This document shows positions 7,669-17,600 of a DNA stretch of 32,000 nt, piece by piece. Source of the DNA: Haloferax volcanii DS2 (GTDB lineage: Archaea > Halobacteriota > Halobacteria > Halobacteriales > Haloferacaceae); the NCBI RefSeq assembly GCF_000025685.1, contig NC_013964.1:300001-332000 (forward strand), read 5' to 3'. Below the pieces are notes generated by a model that saw only the letters and a list, made by a program, of their open reading frames with translations, searched no databases and was not told the origin of the DNA. The position numbers and the translations under genes were made by a program. Each line of letters opens with the position of its first letter. Position 1 is the stretch's first letter.

Positions 7669-9303
7669 GTGTCGGCGGTGAGTTCCTCCAACGGCGCGGT
7701 CAGCGAGTTCCTCGACGAAATCGAGCCGGTGATATTCGCGTTCGGCGCGGCGATAACGCTGCTTTTCGTCGGCGCGTTCAGCCTCAATCCCGAAGGCTCC
7801 TACGAGTTCGTCCTCGGGATTCGCCGGTGGATTCTCGCGACGTTCAACTGGTTCTTCCTGATAGCGATGCTCGGGTTCGTCCTGTTCTTGGGCTTCGTCA
7901 TCTTCGGGCCGTGGGGGAACCTGAAGCTCGGTGACGAGGACCCCGAGTACGGCTTCCTCTCGTACTTCGCGATGATGTACTCCGCCGGCCTCGCGGCGGG
8001 CATCGTCTTCTGGGGCCCCGCGGAGGCGCTGTTCCACTACTCGACGGTCCCGCCGCTGTACGGGGCCGAGGCCCAGTCCTCGGCGGCGATGCCGCTTGCG
8101 GTCCAGTACTCTATCTTCCATTGGAGTCTGACCCAGTGGTCGTGTTTCACCGTGATGGGTCTCGCCATCGGCTACTTCGTCTACAACTACGACGCGCCGC
8201 TTCGCGTGTCGGCGGTCCTGACGCCGATTCTCGGTGCGGACAACGTCGACGGCGCGATAGGGAAAACCGTCGATATCCTCGCCGTGTTCGCGACCCTCGG
8301 CGGCGTCGCAACCTCGCTGGGCTTCATCGGAAGCCAGTTCATCACCGGCCTGAACTTCCAGTGGGGAATCCAACTTGGCGACGTGGGAACCATCCTCGTC
8401 ATCACGGGCATGGTCGTCATCTTCACCATCTCGTTAGTGCTGGGCGTCGACAAGGGGATTCGACGGCTCTCGAACTTCAACATGGTCGTGTTCGGCCTAT
8501 TGATGCTCGCGACGCTGATATTCGGGCCGACCTTCCGCATCCTCGAACTCGGTACGCAGGCGACCGGCGGCTTCGTCGGTGACTTCTTCCAGATGAGCCT
8601 GTTCACGCAGGCCACCGCGACCAGCGCCAGTAAGTGGGTCAACGCGTGGACCGTCTTCTACTGGCTTTGGCCGCTCGCGTGGTCGCCCTTCGCGGGGCTG
8701 TTCATCGCCCGCATCTCGCGCGGTCGGAGCGTCCGCGAAGTCGCGTTCGCCGGCATCGGCGCGACCTCGCTCGCGACGGTCCCGTGGTTCGCCATCGTCG
8801 GCGGCGCGGGCGTCATCATGCAGCACACGGGCGCGGCGAACGTCCTCGGTCCGGTCTCGGAGTACGGCGAGGCGGTCTCGGGGTACGTCCTCTTCGGCAA
8901 TCTCCCCATCGCCGGGCCGCTCCTCCTGTTCGCGTTCCTCGTGCTCGTGACGACGTTCTTCGTCACCTCGGCCGACTCCTCGACGCTCGCGGTGTCGATG
9001 ATGACCACCGGCGGGAAAGAAGAGCCGTCCGCGCTCAACCGCATCTTCTGGGCCGTCCTCCAGGGCGCGGTCGCGTCCATCCTGATGGTCGTCGGCGGCG
9101 TGAACGCCTTGCAGTCCGCGGCGATTATCACGGGCGCGCCGTTCGCGATTATCTGCGTGATAGCGACGCTCGGACTCATCCGAACCTTCCAACAGGACTA
9201 CGGCAGCCTCCTCCTCCAAGACGAGACGCGCCTCTGGGGGAAGTCGGAGTCGACCGGCGGGCAAGCGCCGGCCGTGAACGTCTCCAGCCACGACGACGAC
9301 TGA
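7669..9303 (+). CDS. BCCT family (betaine/carnitine/choline-type) compatible-solute transporter
   Basis: 544-aa ORF with a GTG start. Multiple hydrophobic helices and the BCCT signature region WTVFYWLWPLAWSPFAGLFIARISRGRSVRE. Confidence 0.92.
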   Translation: MSAVSSSNGAVSEFLDEIEPVIFAFGAAITLLFVGAFSLNPEGSYEFVLGIRRWILATFNWFFLIAMLGFVLFLGFVIFGPWGNLKLGDEDPEYGFLSYFAMMYSAGLAAGIVFWGPAEALFHYSTVPPLYGAEAQSSAAMPLAVQYSIFHWSLTQWSCFTVMGLAIGYFVYNYDAPLRVSAVLTPILGADNVDGAIGKTVDILAVFATLGGVATSLGFIGSQFITGLNFQWGIQLGDVGTILVITGMVVIFTISLVLGVDKGIRRLSNFNMVVFGLLMLATLIFGPTFRILELGTQATGGFVGDFFQMSLFTQATATSASKWVNAWTVFYWLWPLAWSPFAGLFIARISRGRSVREVAFAGIGATSLATVPWFAIVGGAGVIMQHTGAANVLGPVSEYGEAVSGYVLFGNLPIAGPLLLFAFLVLVTTFFVTSADSSTLAVSMMTTGGKEEPSALNRIFWAVLQGAVASILMVVGGVNALQSAAIITGAPFAIICVIATLGLIRTFQQDYGSLLLQDETRLWGKSESTGGQAPAVNVSSHDDD

Positions 9304-9443
9304 CGCCGAGTCCAGCCGACCGCAGTTCCGTCCCCGTCGCCGTCCGTCTCCGTTCTCTGCGCTCGGTTCCCATCGCGAGCGCCGCCGGCGCGGTCGATAC
9401 GGCCGACGCGAATAGACCAACACGGTCGTCCCTGAGATACCAA

Positions 9444-9452
9444 GTTTTAATG
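9444..9452 (+). promoter_or_regulatory. Putative TATA box for a leaderless aminotransferase-2 transcript
   Basis: gttttaatg centred about 28 nt upstream of ATG 9476. Confidence 0.45.
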
Positions 9453-9475
9453 TATGGCATTAACAAATCCTGTGT

Positions 9476-10840
9476 ATGAATCGGGATACCGCAGAGCCGG
9501 ACGCAGCAGCGCTGCCCGGACCCAACGCCGAGAAGTGGGTCGAGTTCCACCACGAACACGCCGCGCCCAGCGAGTACTCCCACGAGTTCGTCTGGGACGT
9601 GACCGCCGAGGCCGACGGCCCGTTCGTCACCGACGTGGACGGCAACGTCCTCTTGGACTTCACCTGTCACATCGGGGCCGCCCCGCTCGGCTACAACAAC
9701 GAGAAGGTGCTGTCGAAACTCCGGGAGTTCGACCTCGTCGAGCCGATGAAAATCGCCGGGCAGGACATGTACTTCGGAGCCGGTCCGGACCCCGAGACGG
9801 CCGAGTTCCCCGGGGCGAGCCACCTGATGGACAAGCTCACCGACGTGTCCTCTCACTACGGGATGGACACGGTGTTCCTGTCGAACTCCGGGGCCGAAGC
9901 CGTCGAGAACGCGATGAAGATAACGCACGACCACGAGGCCCCCGCGAAGTACGGCTACGCCTTCGAGGGGAGTTTCCACGGCCGGACGCTCGGGACGCTC
10001 TCGCTCACGAAGTCGAAGGAGGTCTACACCCGCCACTATCCGCAGGTCGCGGGCATCGAGACGGTGCCGTTCTGCGCGGATTCGGGCTGTTCGGGGGACG
10101 ACGACGCCTGCGACTGCGGCTTCTTCGCGGGCGACGGCTCGCGGTTGCGGAACTCCCTGTCGCCGGAGGGCGGCCACGTCAACCCCGACGAGGTCGCCTT
10201 CGCGATTCTCGAACCGATTCAGGGCGTCGGCGGCTACCGCTTCCCGAGCGAGGCGTTCATGGCCGAGGTGGGCGACGTCTGCGACACCTACGACATCCCG
10301 CTCGTCGTGGACGAGATTCAGTCGGGCGTCGGCCGCACCGGCGAGATGTGGGCCGCCGACCACTACCCCATCGAACCCGACGTCATCGCCAGCGCGAAGG
10401 GACTCCGCGTCGGCGCGACCGTCTCGCGGACCGACGTGTTCCCGACCGAGAAGAACCGCCTCGGGTCGACGTTCGGCGGCGGCGACCTGCTCGCGTCGAT
10501 GCAGGGCGCGCTCACCCTCGACGCCATCGAGGAGTACGACCTGCTCGACAACGCGACCGAGCGCGGCCGGCAGGCGAGGGAACTCCTCGCCGACGACGCG
10601 CCCGACCACGTGGTCGACGTGCGCGGCAAGGGCCTGATGCTCGCCGTCGAGTTCGACACCAAGAAGCGCCGCGACGCCGTCGTCGAGGCGGCGCTCGACC
10701 GCGGCCTGCTCACCCTCGGCTGCGGGAAGAAGACGATTCGCCTCCTGCCCCCGCTCGACTCCACCGAGCGCGAAATCGAACTGGGCGTGGGTATCTTCTG
10801 CGAGGCGATGGACGCCGTGGCGACCGAAGCGGTCGCGTGA
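9476..10840 (+). CDS. Class-III PLP aminotransferase, L-lysine 6-aminotransferase-like subfamily
   Basis: 454-aa ORF. SNSGAEAVENAMK, FEGSFHGRTLGTLSLT, EPIQGVGG, VVDEIQSGVGRTG, PLP-Lys context ASAKGLRVGA and RLGSTFGGG. From memory these parallel LAT blocks (AFGKKTQVCG, RLNSTWGGN). Contains a 4-Cys insertion (residues 200-214). Confidence 0.8.
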   Translation: MNRDTAEPDAAALPGPNAEKWVEFHHEHAAPSEYSHEFVWDVTAEADGPFVTDVDGNVLLDFTCHIGAAPLGYNNEKVLSKLREFDLVEPMKIAGQDMYFGAGPDPETAEFPGASHLMDKLTDVSSHYGMDTVFLSNSGAEAVENAMKITHDHEAPAKYGYAFEGSFHGRTLGTLSLTKSKEVYTRHYPQVAGIETVPFCADSGCSGDDDACDCGFFAGDGSRLRNSLSPEGGHVNPDEVAFAILEPIQGVGGYRFPSEAFMAEVGDVCDTYDIPLVVDEIQSGVGRTGEMWAADHYPIEPDVIASAKGLRVGATVSRTDVFPTEKNRLGSTFGGGDLLASMQGALTLDAIEEYDLLDNATERGRQARELLADDAPDHVVDVRGKGLMLAVEFDTKKRRDAVVEAALDRGLLTLGCGKKTIRLLPPLDSTEREIELGVGIFCEAMDAVATEAVA

Positions 10841-10914
10841 GGGTCGGCGTCGCCAGCGAACAGCACAGAAGAGATGCAGGCCCGAGAGGGGCCACCCCCG
10901 TTTTTCCGGACGCG

Positions 10915-12210
10915 TCAGGATGACTCAGTAGACTCGCCGCGCTCGTCCAGCGAGTGCGAAGCGACTTCGACTCCGTCAAGCGCCGAAAGCGAGTCGAGGA
11001 CGTCCGCGAGGTGGTCCGGGCCGCTCCCGTCGAGTCGGACCTCGACCGGAACCCGATTCGGCGCGTCGGACGCGGTTCGGGCGGCGCGCTCGACGCTGTC
11101 GAGTTCGGCCCCCGAGGCAGCGACTGCCTCGGAGAGGTCGCCCAGCGTCGCCGGCCAGCCGTCGAGTTCGAGGCGGGCTTCGACGGCGCGCCCGAGCGCC
11201 TGCATCCCGACGCGAGTCAGTTCGGCGTGTTCGGAGAGGCCGACGTTGCCGCCGGAGACGACGGCCGCGACGCGCTCGTCCTCGACATCGACCGCGCCGG
11301 AGAGCAGCGCGGCGACCGGGGCCGCGCCGGCCGGTTCGGTGACCGTCTTCGCCCGCTGCGCGAGGACCGTCGTGGCGACCGCGAGGTCCGTGTCGTCGAC
11401 CGAGACCACGTCGTCGACGCGGTCGCGGACGACCGCGAAGGTCCGCTCTAACAGTCGCGCGTCGGCGATGCCCTCGGCGACGGTATCGACCGCCGAGAGC
11501 ATGCGAATCTCGTCGGCCTCCAGCGAGGGCTTGGCGTGGGCCGCGCCCTCGGGTTGGACGCCGATAACTCGCACCTCGGGGTCCCGCGCCTGCATCGCGG
11601 TGGCGATGCCCGAGATGAGCCCGCCGCCGCCGATGGAGACGAGAACCGCGTCCACGCCGGGCGCGTCGGCCGCGATTTCCCGCCCGACGGTTCCCTGCCC
11701 GGCGATGACGGCCGCGTCGTCGAAGGGGTGGACGAACTCCAGTCCCTCGTCCTCTGCGAGTCGCAGGGCGTGTTCGTACGACTCCTCGTACAGTTCTCCT
11801 TCGACGACGACGTCCGCGCCGTAACCGCGGGTCGCGTCGATTTTCACCGCCGGCGTGATTTCGGGGACGACGATGGTCGTGTCGATGTCCAATAGGTCGC
11901 CCGCGAGTGCGACGCCCTGCGCGTGGTTGCCGGCGCTGGAGGCGACGACGCCCCGCTCGCGCACCGACTCGGGGAGTTGCGCCATCGCGTTGTACGCGCC
12001 GCGAATCTTGAACGACCCCGTCCGCTGGACGTTCTCCAGTTTGAGGTCGACCCGCTCGGCCCCGCAGCGGTCGGCTATCGTCCGCGAGCTATCGAGCGGC
12101 GTCCGGTGGACCACGCCGTCGAGGCGCTCGTGGGCGTCCGCCACGTCGTCGGCGGTGACGATTTCGGACGCCGGCGGTGCCGACTCGCCGGTGACGCGCC
12201 CGTCGCTCAT
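10915..12210 (-). CDS. Threonine ammonia-lyase (threonine dehydratase)-like PLP enzyme with a C-terminal ACT-like regulatory domain
   Basis: 431-aa ORF. PLP-Lys motif GSFKIRGAYN, SSAGNHAQGVA and glycine loop SIGGGGLISG. A C-terminal region of about 100 aa follows the catalytic fold. The ATG overlaps the upstream gene's stop (ATGA at 12207-12210). Confidence 0.88.
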   Translation of the reverse strand: MSDGRVTGESAPPASEIVTADDVADAHERLDGVVHRTPLDSSRTIADRCGAERVDLKLENVQRTGSFKIRGAYNAMAQLPESVRERGVVASSAGNHAQGVALAGDLLDIDTTIVVPEITPAVKIDATRGYGADVVVEGELYEESYEHALRLAEDEGLEFVHPFDDAAVIAGQGTVGREIAADAPGVDAVLVSIGGGGLISGIATAMQARDPEVRVIGVQPEGAAHAKPSLEADEIRMLSAVDTVAEGIADARLLERTFAVVRDRVDDVVSVDDTDLAVATTVLAQRAKTVTEPAGAAPVAALLSGAVDVEDERVAAVVSGGNVGLSEHAELTRVGMQALGRAVEARLELDGWPATLGDLSEAVAASGAELDSVERAARTASDAPNRVPVEVRLDGSGPDHLADVLDSLSALDGVEVASHSLDERGESTESS

Positions 12211-13517
12211 CGGTTCGCTCTCGCCCCGACTGTCGGTGCCGACTCGAACCCCGCGACCGACAGAATCGACCGCGTGAGCACGTCGACGCCGGTTTCGAGG
12301 CTTCGTTCGTCCACGTCGAACGTCGCGGTGTGGTGGCTCGTCGGATGGTCGGTCCCGACGATAGAGTAACAGGCGAGGCCGCCGTCGCGCTGGACGCGCT
12401 CCATGAGGAACGTCGCGTCCTCGCTCGCGCCGAAGTCGGCGGTCTGGACGACGCGGTCGACGCTCTCGACGGTCTCGGCCGCGTCGGCCACAGCCTCCAC
12501 GAGTTCGGGGTCGCTGTCGGCCCGGGGACTCTCGCTGACCACGTCGACCGTCGCCTCGCAGCCGTGCAGTTCGGCGGCCTTCTCGAACCGCCGGCGGAGT
12601 TCGGACTTCGCGTACTCCATGAGTTCAGTCGTCTCGCCGCGCGCCTCGGCGACGGCCTCGACCTCGTCGGCGATGACGTTGCTCGCGGTGCCGCCTTCGA
12701 CCCGACCGACGTTGACGCGAGTCATCCCGTCGGAGTGTCGCGGGATGCCGTAGACGCTCTCGATGGCCGTTCCGAGCGCGTGGATGGCGTTCGCGCCGGC
12801 CTCCGGCGCTTTTCCGGCGTGGGCGGTCGTCCCCTCGATTTCCGCGTCGATGTGGCACATGGCGAGCGGTTTCTCGATGCCGGCGACGACTTCGCCCGTC
12901 GGGTGGTCGAGGCCGACGTGGACCGCGAAGAAGTAGTCGATGCCGGCGGCGTACTCGCTTTTCGCCATGGGCGCGCCGCCCCCCGAAACCTCCTCTGCCG
13001 GCTGGAAGAACACGGCGAGGCGACCCGAAAAGTCGCTCTCCTTGACGGCTTCGAGCGTCGCCAGCCCCCACGTCATGTGGGTGTCGTGGCCGCAGGCGTG
13101 CATCGTCTCGCCCGTCTCCGAGCGGAAGCCCTCGGCGGCGGGGTCGTGGCCCGCGTCGTCCGACTCCTCGATGAACAGCCCGTCGATGTCGACCCGGAGA
13201 CCGACCGTCGGTCCCTCGCCGCGGTCGAGGACGGCGACACAGCCGGTCGTCCCGCCGCGGAGGGGTTCGAGAAGCTCCGGGTCGGTCCCGCGGTCGAGCG
13301 CCCGCTCGTACCACTCGTCGAGCCGGTCGTCGCTCGGGACGGCCATCCGGTCTGCGGGGTCGTAGGCGTCCGCGCCGACGGCGAGTTCGTCCACGCCGAC
13401 GGCGCGGAGTTCCTCGACGAGCCGCGCGGTCGTCCGGAACTCGCACCAGCCCGGTTCGGGGTGGCGGTGGAGGTCTCTGCGAAGCTCCGCTAATCGCGCT
13501 CGAACGGCGTCAGCCAT
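12207..13517 (-). CDS. M20 family amidohydrolase (aminoacylase / N-acyl-amino-acid deacylase type, M20D-like)
   Basis: Track ORF 12207..13532; the ATG at 13517 (MADAVRARLAELRRDLHRHPE) is preferred. MHACGHDTHM and FQPAEE metal-site motifs, plus a dimerisation-domain insert. Confidence 0.85.
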   Translation of the reverse strand: MADAVRARLAELRRDLHRHPEPGWCEFRTTARLVEELRAVGVDELAVGADAYDPADRMAVPSDDRLDEWYERALDRGTDPELLEPLRGGTTGCVAVLDRGEGPTVGLRVDIDGLFIEESDDAGHDPAAEGFRSETGETMHACGHDTHMTWGLATLEAVKESDFSGRLAVFFQPAEEVSGGGAPMAKSEYAAGIDYFFAVHVGLDHPTGEVVAGIEKPLAMCHIDAEIEGTTAHAGKAPEAGANAIHALGTAIESVYGIPRHSDGMTRVNVGRVEGGTASNVIADEVEAVAEARGETTELMEYAKSELRRRFEKAAELHGCEATVDVVSESPRADSDPELVEAVADAAETVESVDRVVQTADFGASEDATFLMERVQRDGGLACYSIVGTDHPTSHHTATFDVDERSLETGVDVLTRSILSVAGFESAPTVGARANR

Positions 13518-13646
13518 GCGTACACGTACCACCCGCCACCCACTTAAGTATAAACGGTATCCGTGGACACCGGCTACACAAAAAGACTAAGGGAGCGTCA
13601 CCCAATCGATGTAGCAACCGCGCCCGCGACGCGCGCGACCGATATC

Positions 13647-14615
13647 ATGACCGAGACAGACATCGTCGTCCTCCGCGAGGGGACCGAGGGCCTTTCGATG
13701 GAATCGTACGCCGACGCGCTCCGCGAGCGCCTCCCGGACCGGACCGTGACGCTCGCCCGGACGCCGAAACAGGAACGCGAACTCGTCGTCGACGCCCGCG
13801 TCGTCACGGGCATCACGATAGACGAGGACCTGCTGGACCGCGCCGACCGCCTCGAACTGTTCGCCTGCACGTTCGCCGGCACCGACCACGTCCCGATGGA
13901 CGCGCTCGCGGACCACGGCGTCGCCGTCACCAACGCCGGCGGCATCCACGCGCCGGGCATCGCCGAGCAGGCCATCGGCAACATGCTCGTGTTCGCCCGC
14001 CGACTCCACGAGGGCTGGCGGCGCAAAGAGCGCGCCGAGTGGCGGCACTTCCAATCGGGCGAGTTCACCGACAGCACGGTGACGATTATCGGCCTCGGCT
14101 CCATCGGGCAGGCCGTCGCCCAGCGCTTGCAGGGCTTCGAAGTGGAGACCATCGGCATCCGCTACACCCCGTCGAAGGGCGGGCCGACCGACGAAGTCGC
14201 CGGCTTCGACTCCGACGCGATTCACGACGCGCTCTCCCGGAGCGACTACGTCGTGGTCGCGTGCCCGCTGAACGACCTGACCCGCAGGCTCATTGGGGAC
14301 GCGGAGTTCGCCACGATGCCGACCGACGCCGTGCTCGTCAACGCCGCCCGCGGCGGCATCGTCGACACCGACGCGCTCGTGTCGGCGCTGCGGTCGAACA
14401 AGATTCGCGGGGCCGCGCTCGACGTGACCGACCCCGAGCCGCTCCCCGCCGACCACCCACTGTGGGGACTGGAAAACTGCCTCATCACGCCCCACACGGG
14501 CGGCCACACGCCGAAGCACTGGGACCGCCTCGCCGACATCGTCGCCGGGAACCTCGGGCGGCTCGACGAGGGCGAGGAGCTGGAGAACCAAGTGCTGGCC
14601 GCCGAGTCGAACTGA
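13647..14615 (+). CDS. D-isomer-specific 2-hydroxyacid dehydrogenase (NAD(P)-dependent)
   Basis: Track ORF 13563..14615; the ATG at 13647 (MTETDIVVLREG) is preferred. Rossmann motif IIGLGSIGQAVAQRL, NAARGGIVD and ITPHTGG. Confidence 0.88.
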   Translation: MTETDIVVLREGTEGLSMESYADALRERLPDRTVTLARTPKQERELVVDARVVTGITIDEDLLDRADRLELFACTFAGTDHVPMDALADHGVAVTNAGGIHAPGIAEQAIGNMLVFARRLHEGWRRKERAEWRHFQSGEFTDSTVTIIGLGSIGQAVAQRLQGFEVETIGIRYTPSKGGPTDEVAGFDSDAIHDALSRSDYVVVACPLNDLTRRLIGDAEFATMPTDAVLVNAARGGIVDTDALVSALRSNKIRGAALDVTDPEPLPADHPLWGLENCLITPHTGGHTPKHWDRLADIVAGNLGRLDEGEELENQVLAAESN

Positions 14616-14621
14616 CTCCCG

Positions 14622-17600
14622 ATGGCGACGCAGGAACGTCCGGACGACTCCAGCGACGGCCAGCGGACCGACCCGTCAGCCGACCCCGGCGACGACCCGC
14701 GCGCCGACTACGACTACGTCGGCGGCGACACCGACCGCGAGGCGCTCGTCCGCGACCTCGAACGCCTCGTCGACGGCGACGTGCGATTCGACGAGTACAC
14801 CCGACAACTGTACGCGACCGACGCCTCAGCGTACGAGGTGCTCCCCGTCGGCGTCGTCATGCCGACCTCGACCGCCGACGTGGCGGCCGTCGTAGAGTAC
14901 TGCGCCGACCGCGAGATTCCCGTCCTCCCCCGCGGCGGCGGCACGAGCCTCGCCGGACAGGCCGTCAACGAGGCGGTCGTCCTTGACCTCTCGCGGCACA
15001 TGGACGGGGTCCAGTCGGTGGACTCCGAGGCGGCGACGGCGACCGCGCAGGCCGGGGTTACGCTCGCGGACCTCAATAACTCCGCGGCCGACCATGGTCT
15101 CACTTTCGGCCCGGACCCCGCCGCGGGCGACCGGAGCGTCCTCGGGGGCGCTATCGGCAACAACTCCACCGGCGCGCACTCCCTGAAGTACGGCAAGACC
15201 GACTACTACGTCGAGGAGTGCGAGGTCGTCCTCGCCGACGGGAGCGTCCACCGCTTCGACGAGATGCGCGTGGCCGAACTCCGGGAGAAGGCCGACCCCG
15301 AGAGCGACGCGTGGGGTTCCGACGGGCCGCAGAGTCCGCTTCTCCCCCGAATCTACGCCGAGGTCGTCCGCGTGCTCGACGAGGAACGAGCGGAGATAGA
15401 CGCCCGCTACCCGGACCTCAAGCGCAACGTCTCGGGCTACAACCTCGACGCGCTGGTCGAGGAGGCCCGCGGGGAGCGCCCGCTGGCCGACGGGACCGGA
15501 ACCGACCCGGACTGCGGGTCGGGGACCGTGAACCTCGCGCGCCTGCTCGCCGGGAGCGAGGGGAGCCTCGCCGTCGTGACCGAGGCGACCGTCTCGCTCG
15601 AACCGCTCCCGGAGACGAAGGCGGTCGCGCTCCTCACCTACGAGGACGTGTTCGACGCCGCCGCCGACGTGGCCCCCATCCTCGACCACGACCCCGCGGC
15701 GGTCGAACTCATCGACGACGTGCTCATCGACCTCGCGCTCGACACCGCCGAGTTCCACGACGTGGCCGCGTCGCTCCCCGACGGGACCCGCGCGGCCCTG
15801 CTGGTCGAGTTCTACGCCGACTCCGACGCGGACGGCCGGCGGAAAGTTGCCGACCTGCTGACGGCCCGCGCGCCCTCGGTGACGCCGGAGGCGACGCCGT
15901 CTTCGGGCGTCGGCGTCGACGACGACGCCCGCGCGTTCGACGCGCTGGAAGCCCACGACGAGGCGGCGCGCGCGGGGCTCTGGGAGATGCGCAAGGCCGC
16001 CGCGCCCATCCTGCTCTCGCGGACGACCGACGAGAAGCACATCTCGTTCATCGAGGACTGCGCCGTCCCGGCCGACGAACTCCCGGGGTACGTCGAGCGC
16101 TTCCGCGAGGTCATCGACGACCACGACGCCAACACGAGTTTCTACGCCCACGCGGGGCCGGGCGTGTTGCACGTCCGCCCGCTCGTCAACACGAAGACGC
16201 TCGACGGCCTCGACTCGTTCGAGACCATCGCCGACGAGGTGACCGACTTCGTCGTCGAGGCCGGCGGGTCGGTGTCGGGCGAACACGGCGACGGCCGCGC
16301 GCGAACCCAGTGGAACCGCAAACTGTACGGCGACCGCCTCTGGAACGCCTTCCGCGACCTCAAGACGGCGTTCGACCCCGACTGGATCCTGAATCCGGGG
16401 CAGGTCTGCGGCGACGTGTCGATGACCGAGAACCTCCGGTTCGACCCCGACTACGAGTTCGACGCCGGCTTCGACCCCGAGCTCGAGTGGGACACCGAAA
16501 ACGGCTTTCAGGGGATGGCGGAACTCTGCCACGGCTGCGGCGGCTGTCGGGGCGACCAGTCGACCACCGGCGGCGTGATGTGTCCGACCTACCGCGCCAC
16601 GGAAGAGGAAGGATTGTCGACCCGCGGTCGCGCGAACATGCTCAGACAGGCGATGAGCGGCGACCTCGACGCCGACGCGACGGACACCGAGTTCATGCGC
16701 GAGGTGCTGGACCTCTGTGTCGGCTGTAAGGGCTGTGCCCGCGACTGTCCGAGCGAAGTCGACATGGCGAAACTCAAAGCCGAAGTCGAACACGCCCACC
16801 ACCAGCGCGAGGGTGCGAGCCTCCGAGACCACCTGTTTGCCGAGGTGGACCGGCTGAACGAACTGGGGTCGCGACTCGCTCCGCTTTCGAACTGGGCGGC
16901 GAAGGTGCCTGGCGCGCGGACGGTCATGGAGAAGACCGTCGGCATCGCCCGAGAGCGGTCGCTCCCGACGTTCCACCGCGAATCGCTGGAAGACTGGTTC
17001 GAGGCGCGCGGCGGCGCTCGCGTCCCCGAGGCCGAGGCGACCGACAAGGTGCTTCTGTTCCCGGACAGCTACACCAACTACAACCACCCCGACGCGGGGA
17101 AGGCCGCGGTCCGCGTCCTCGAAGCCGCCGGCGTCCACGTCTCGATTCCCGACGACGTGACCGCGACCGGCCGCCCGGCCCACTCGAAGGGCTTTCTCGA
17201 CCGGTCGCGGGCGCGCGCCGAGACGAACGTCGACGCGCTCGCGCCCCGCGTCGAAGCCGGCTGGAGCGTCGTGCTCGTCGAGCCCTCGGACGCGGTCATG
17301 TTCCAGTCGGACTACCTCGACCTACTTTCGAGCAAGGACGCCGAGCGCGTCGCCGCCGAGACCTACGGCATCATGGAGTACCTCGACGCGAAGCGTCTCG
17401 TGGAGGACCTCGACCGCGACGCCTCGGCGGGCGCGGACGACGAGACGCTGACGTACCACGGTCACTGCCACCAGAAGGCGACGCGGAAGGACCACCACGC
17501 TGTCGGTGTCCTCCGGCGCGCCGGCTACGACGTGGACCCGCTCGATTCCGGCTGTTGCGGGATGGCCGGGAGCTTCGGCTACGAGGCCGAACACCACTCG

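Noticed and set aside
9176-10923. 477-aa minus ORF (9176..10609) and 489-aa plus ORF (9454..10923) over aminotransferase 2
   Set aside because: Extremely Arg/Gly/Pro-rich translations. The third frame (9476..10840) carries the PLP-aminotransferase motifs.
14826-17183. 785-aa minus ORF and 503-aa off-frame plus ORF (15218..16729) over the FAD/Fe-S oxidase
   Set aside because: Shadow ORFs with basic low-complexity products. The 14622..17768 frame has FAD, Fe-S and CCG motifs throughout.
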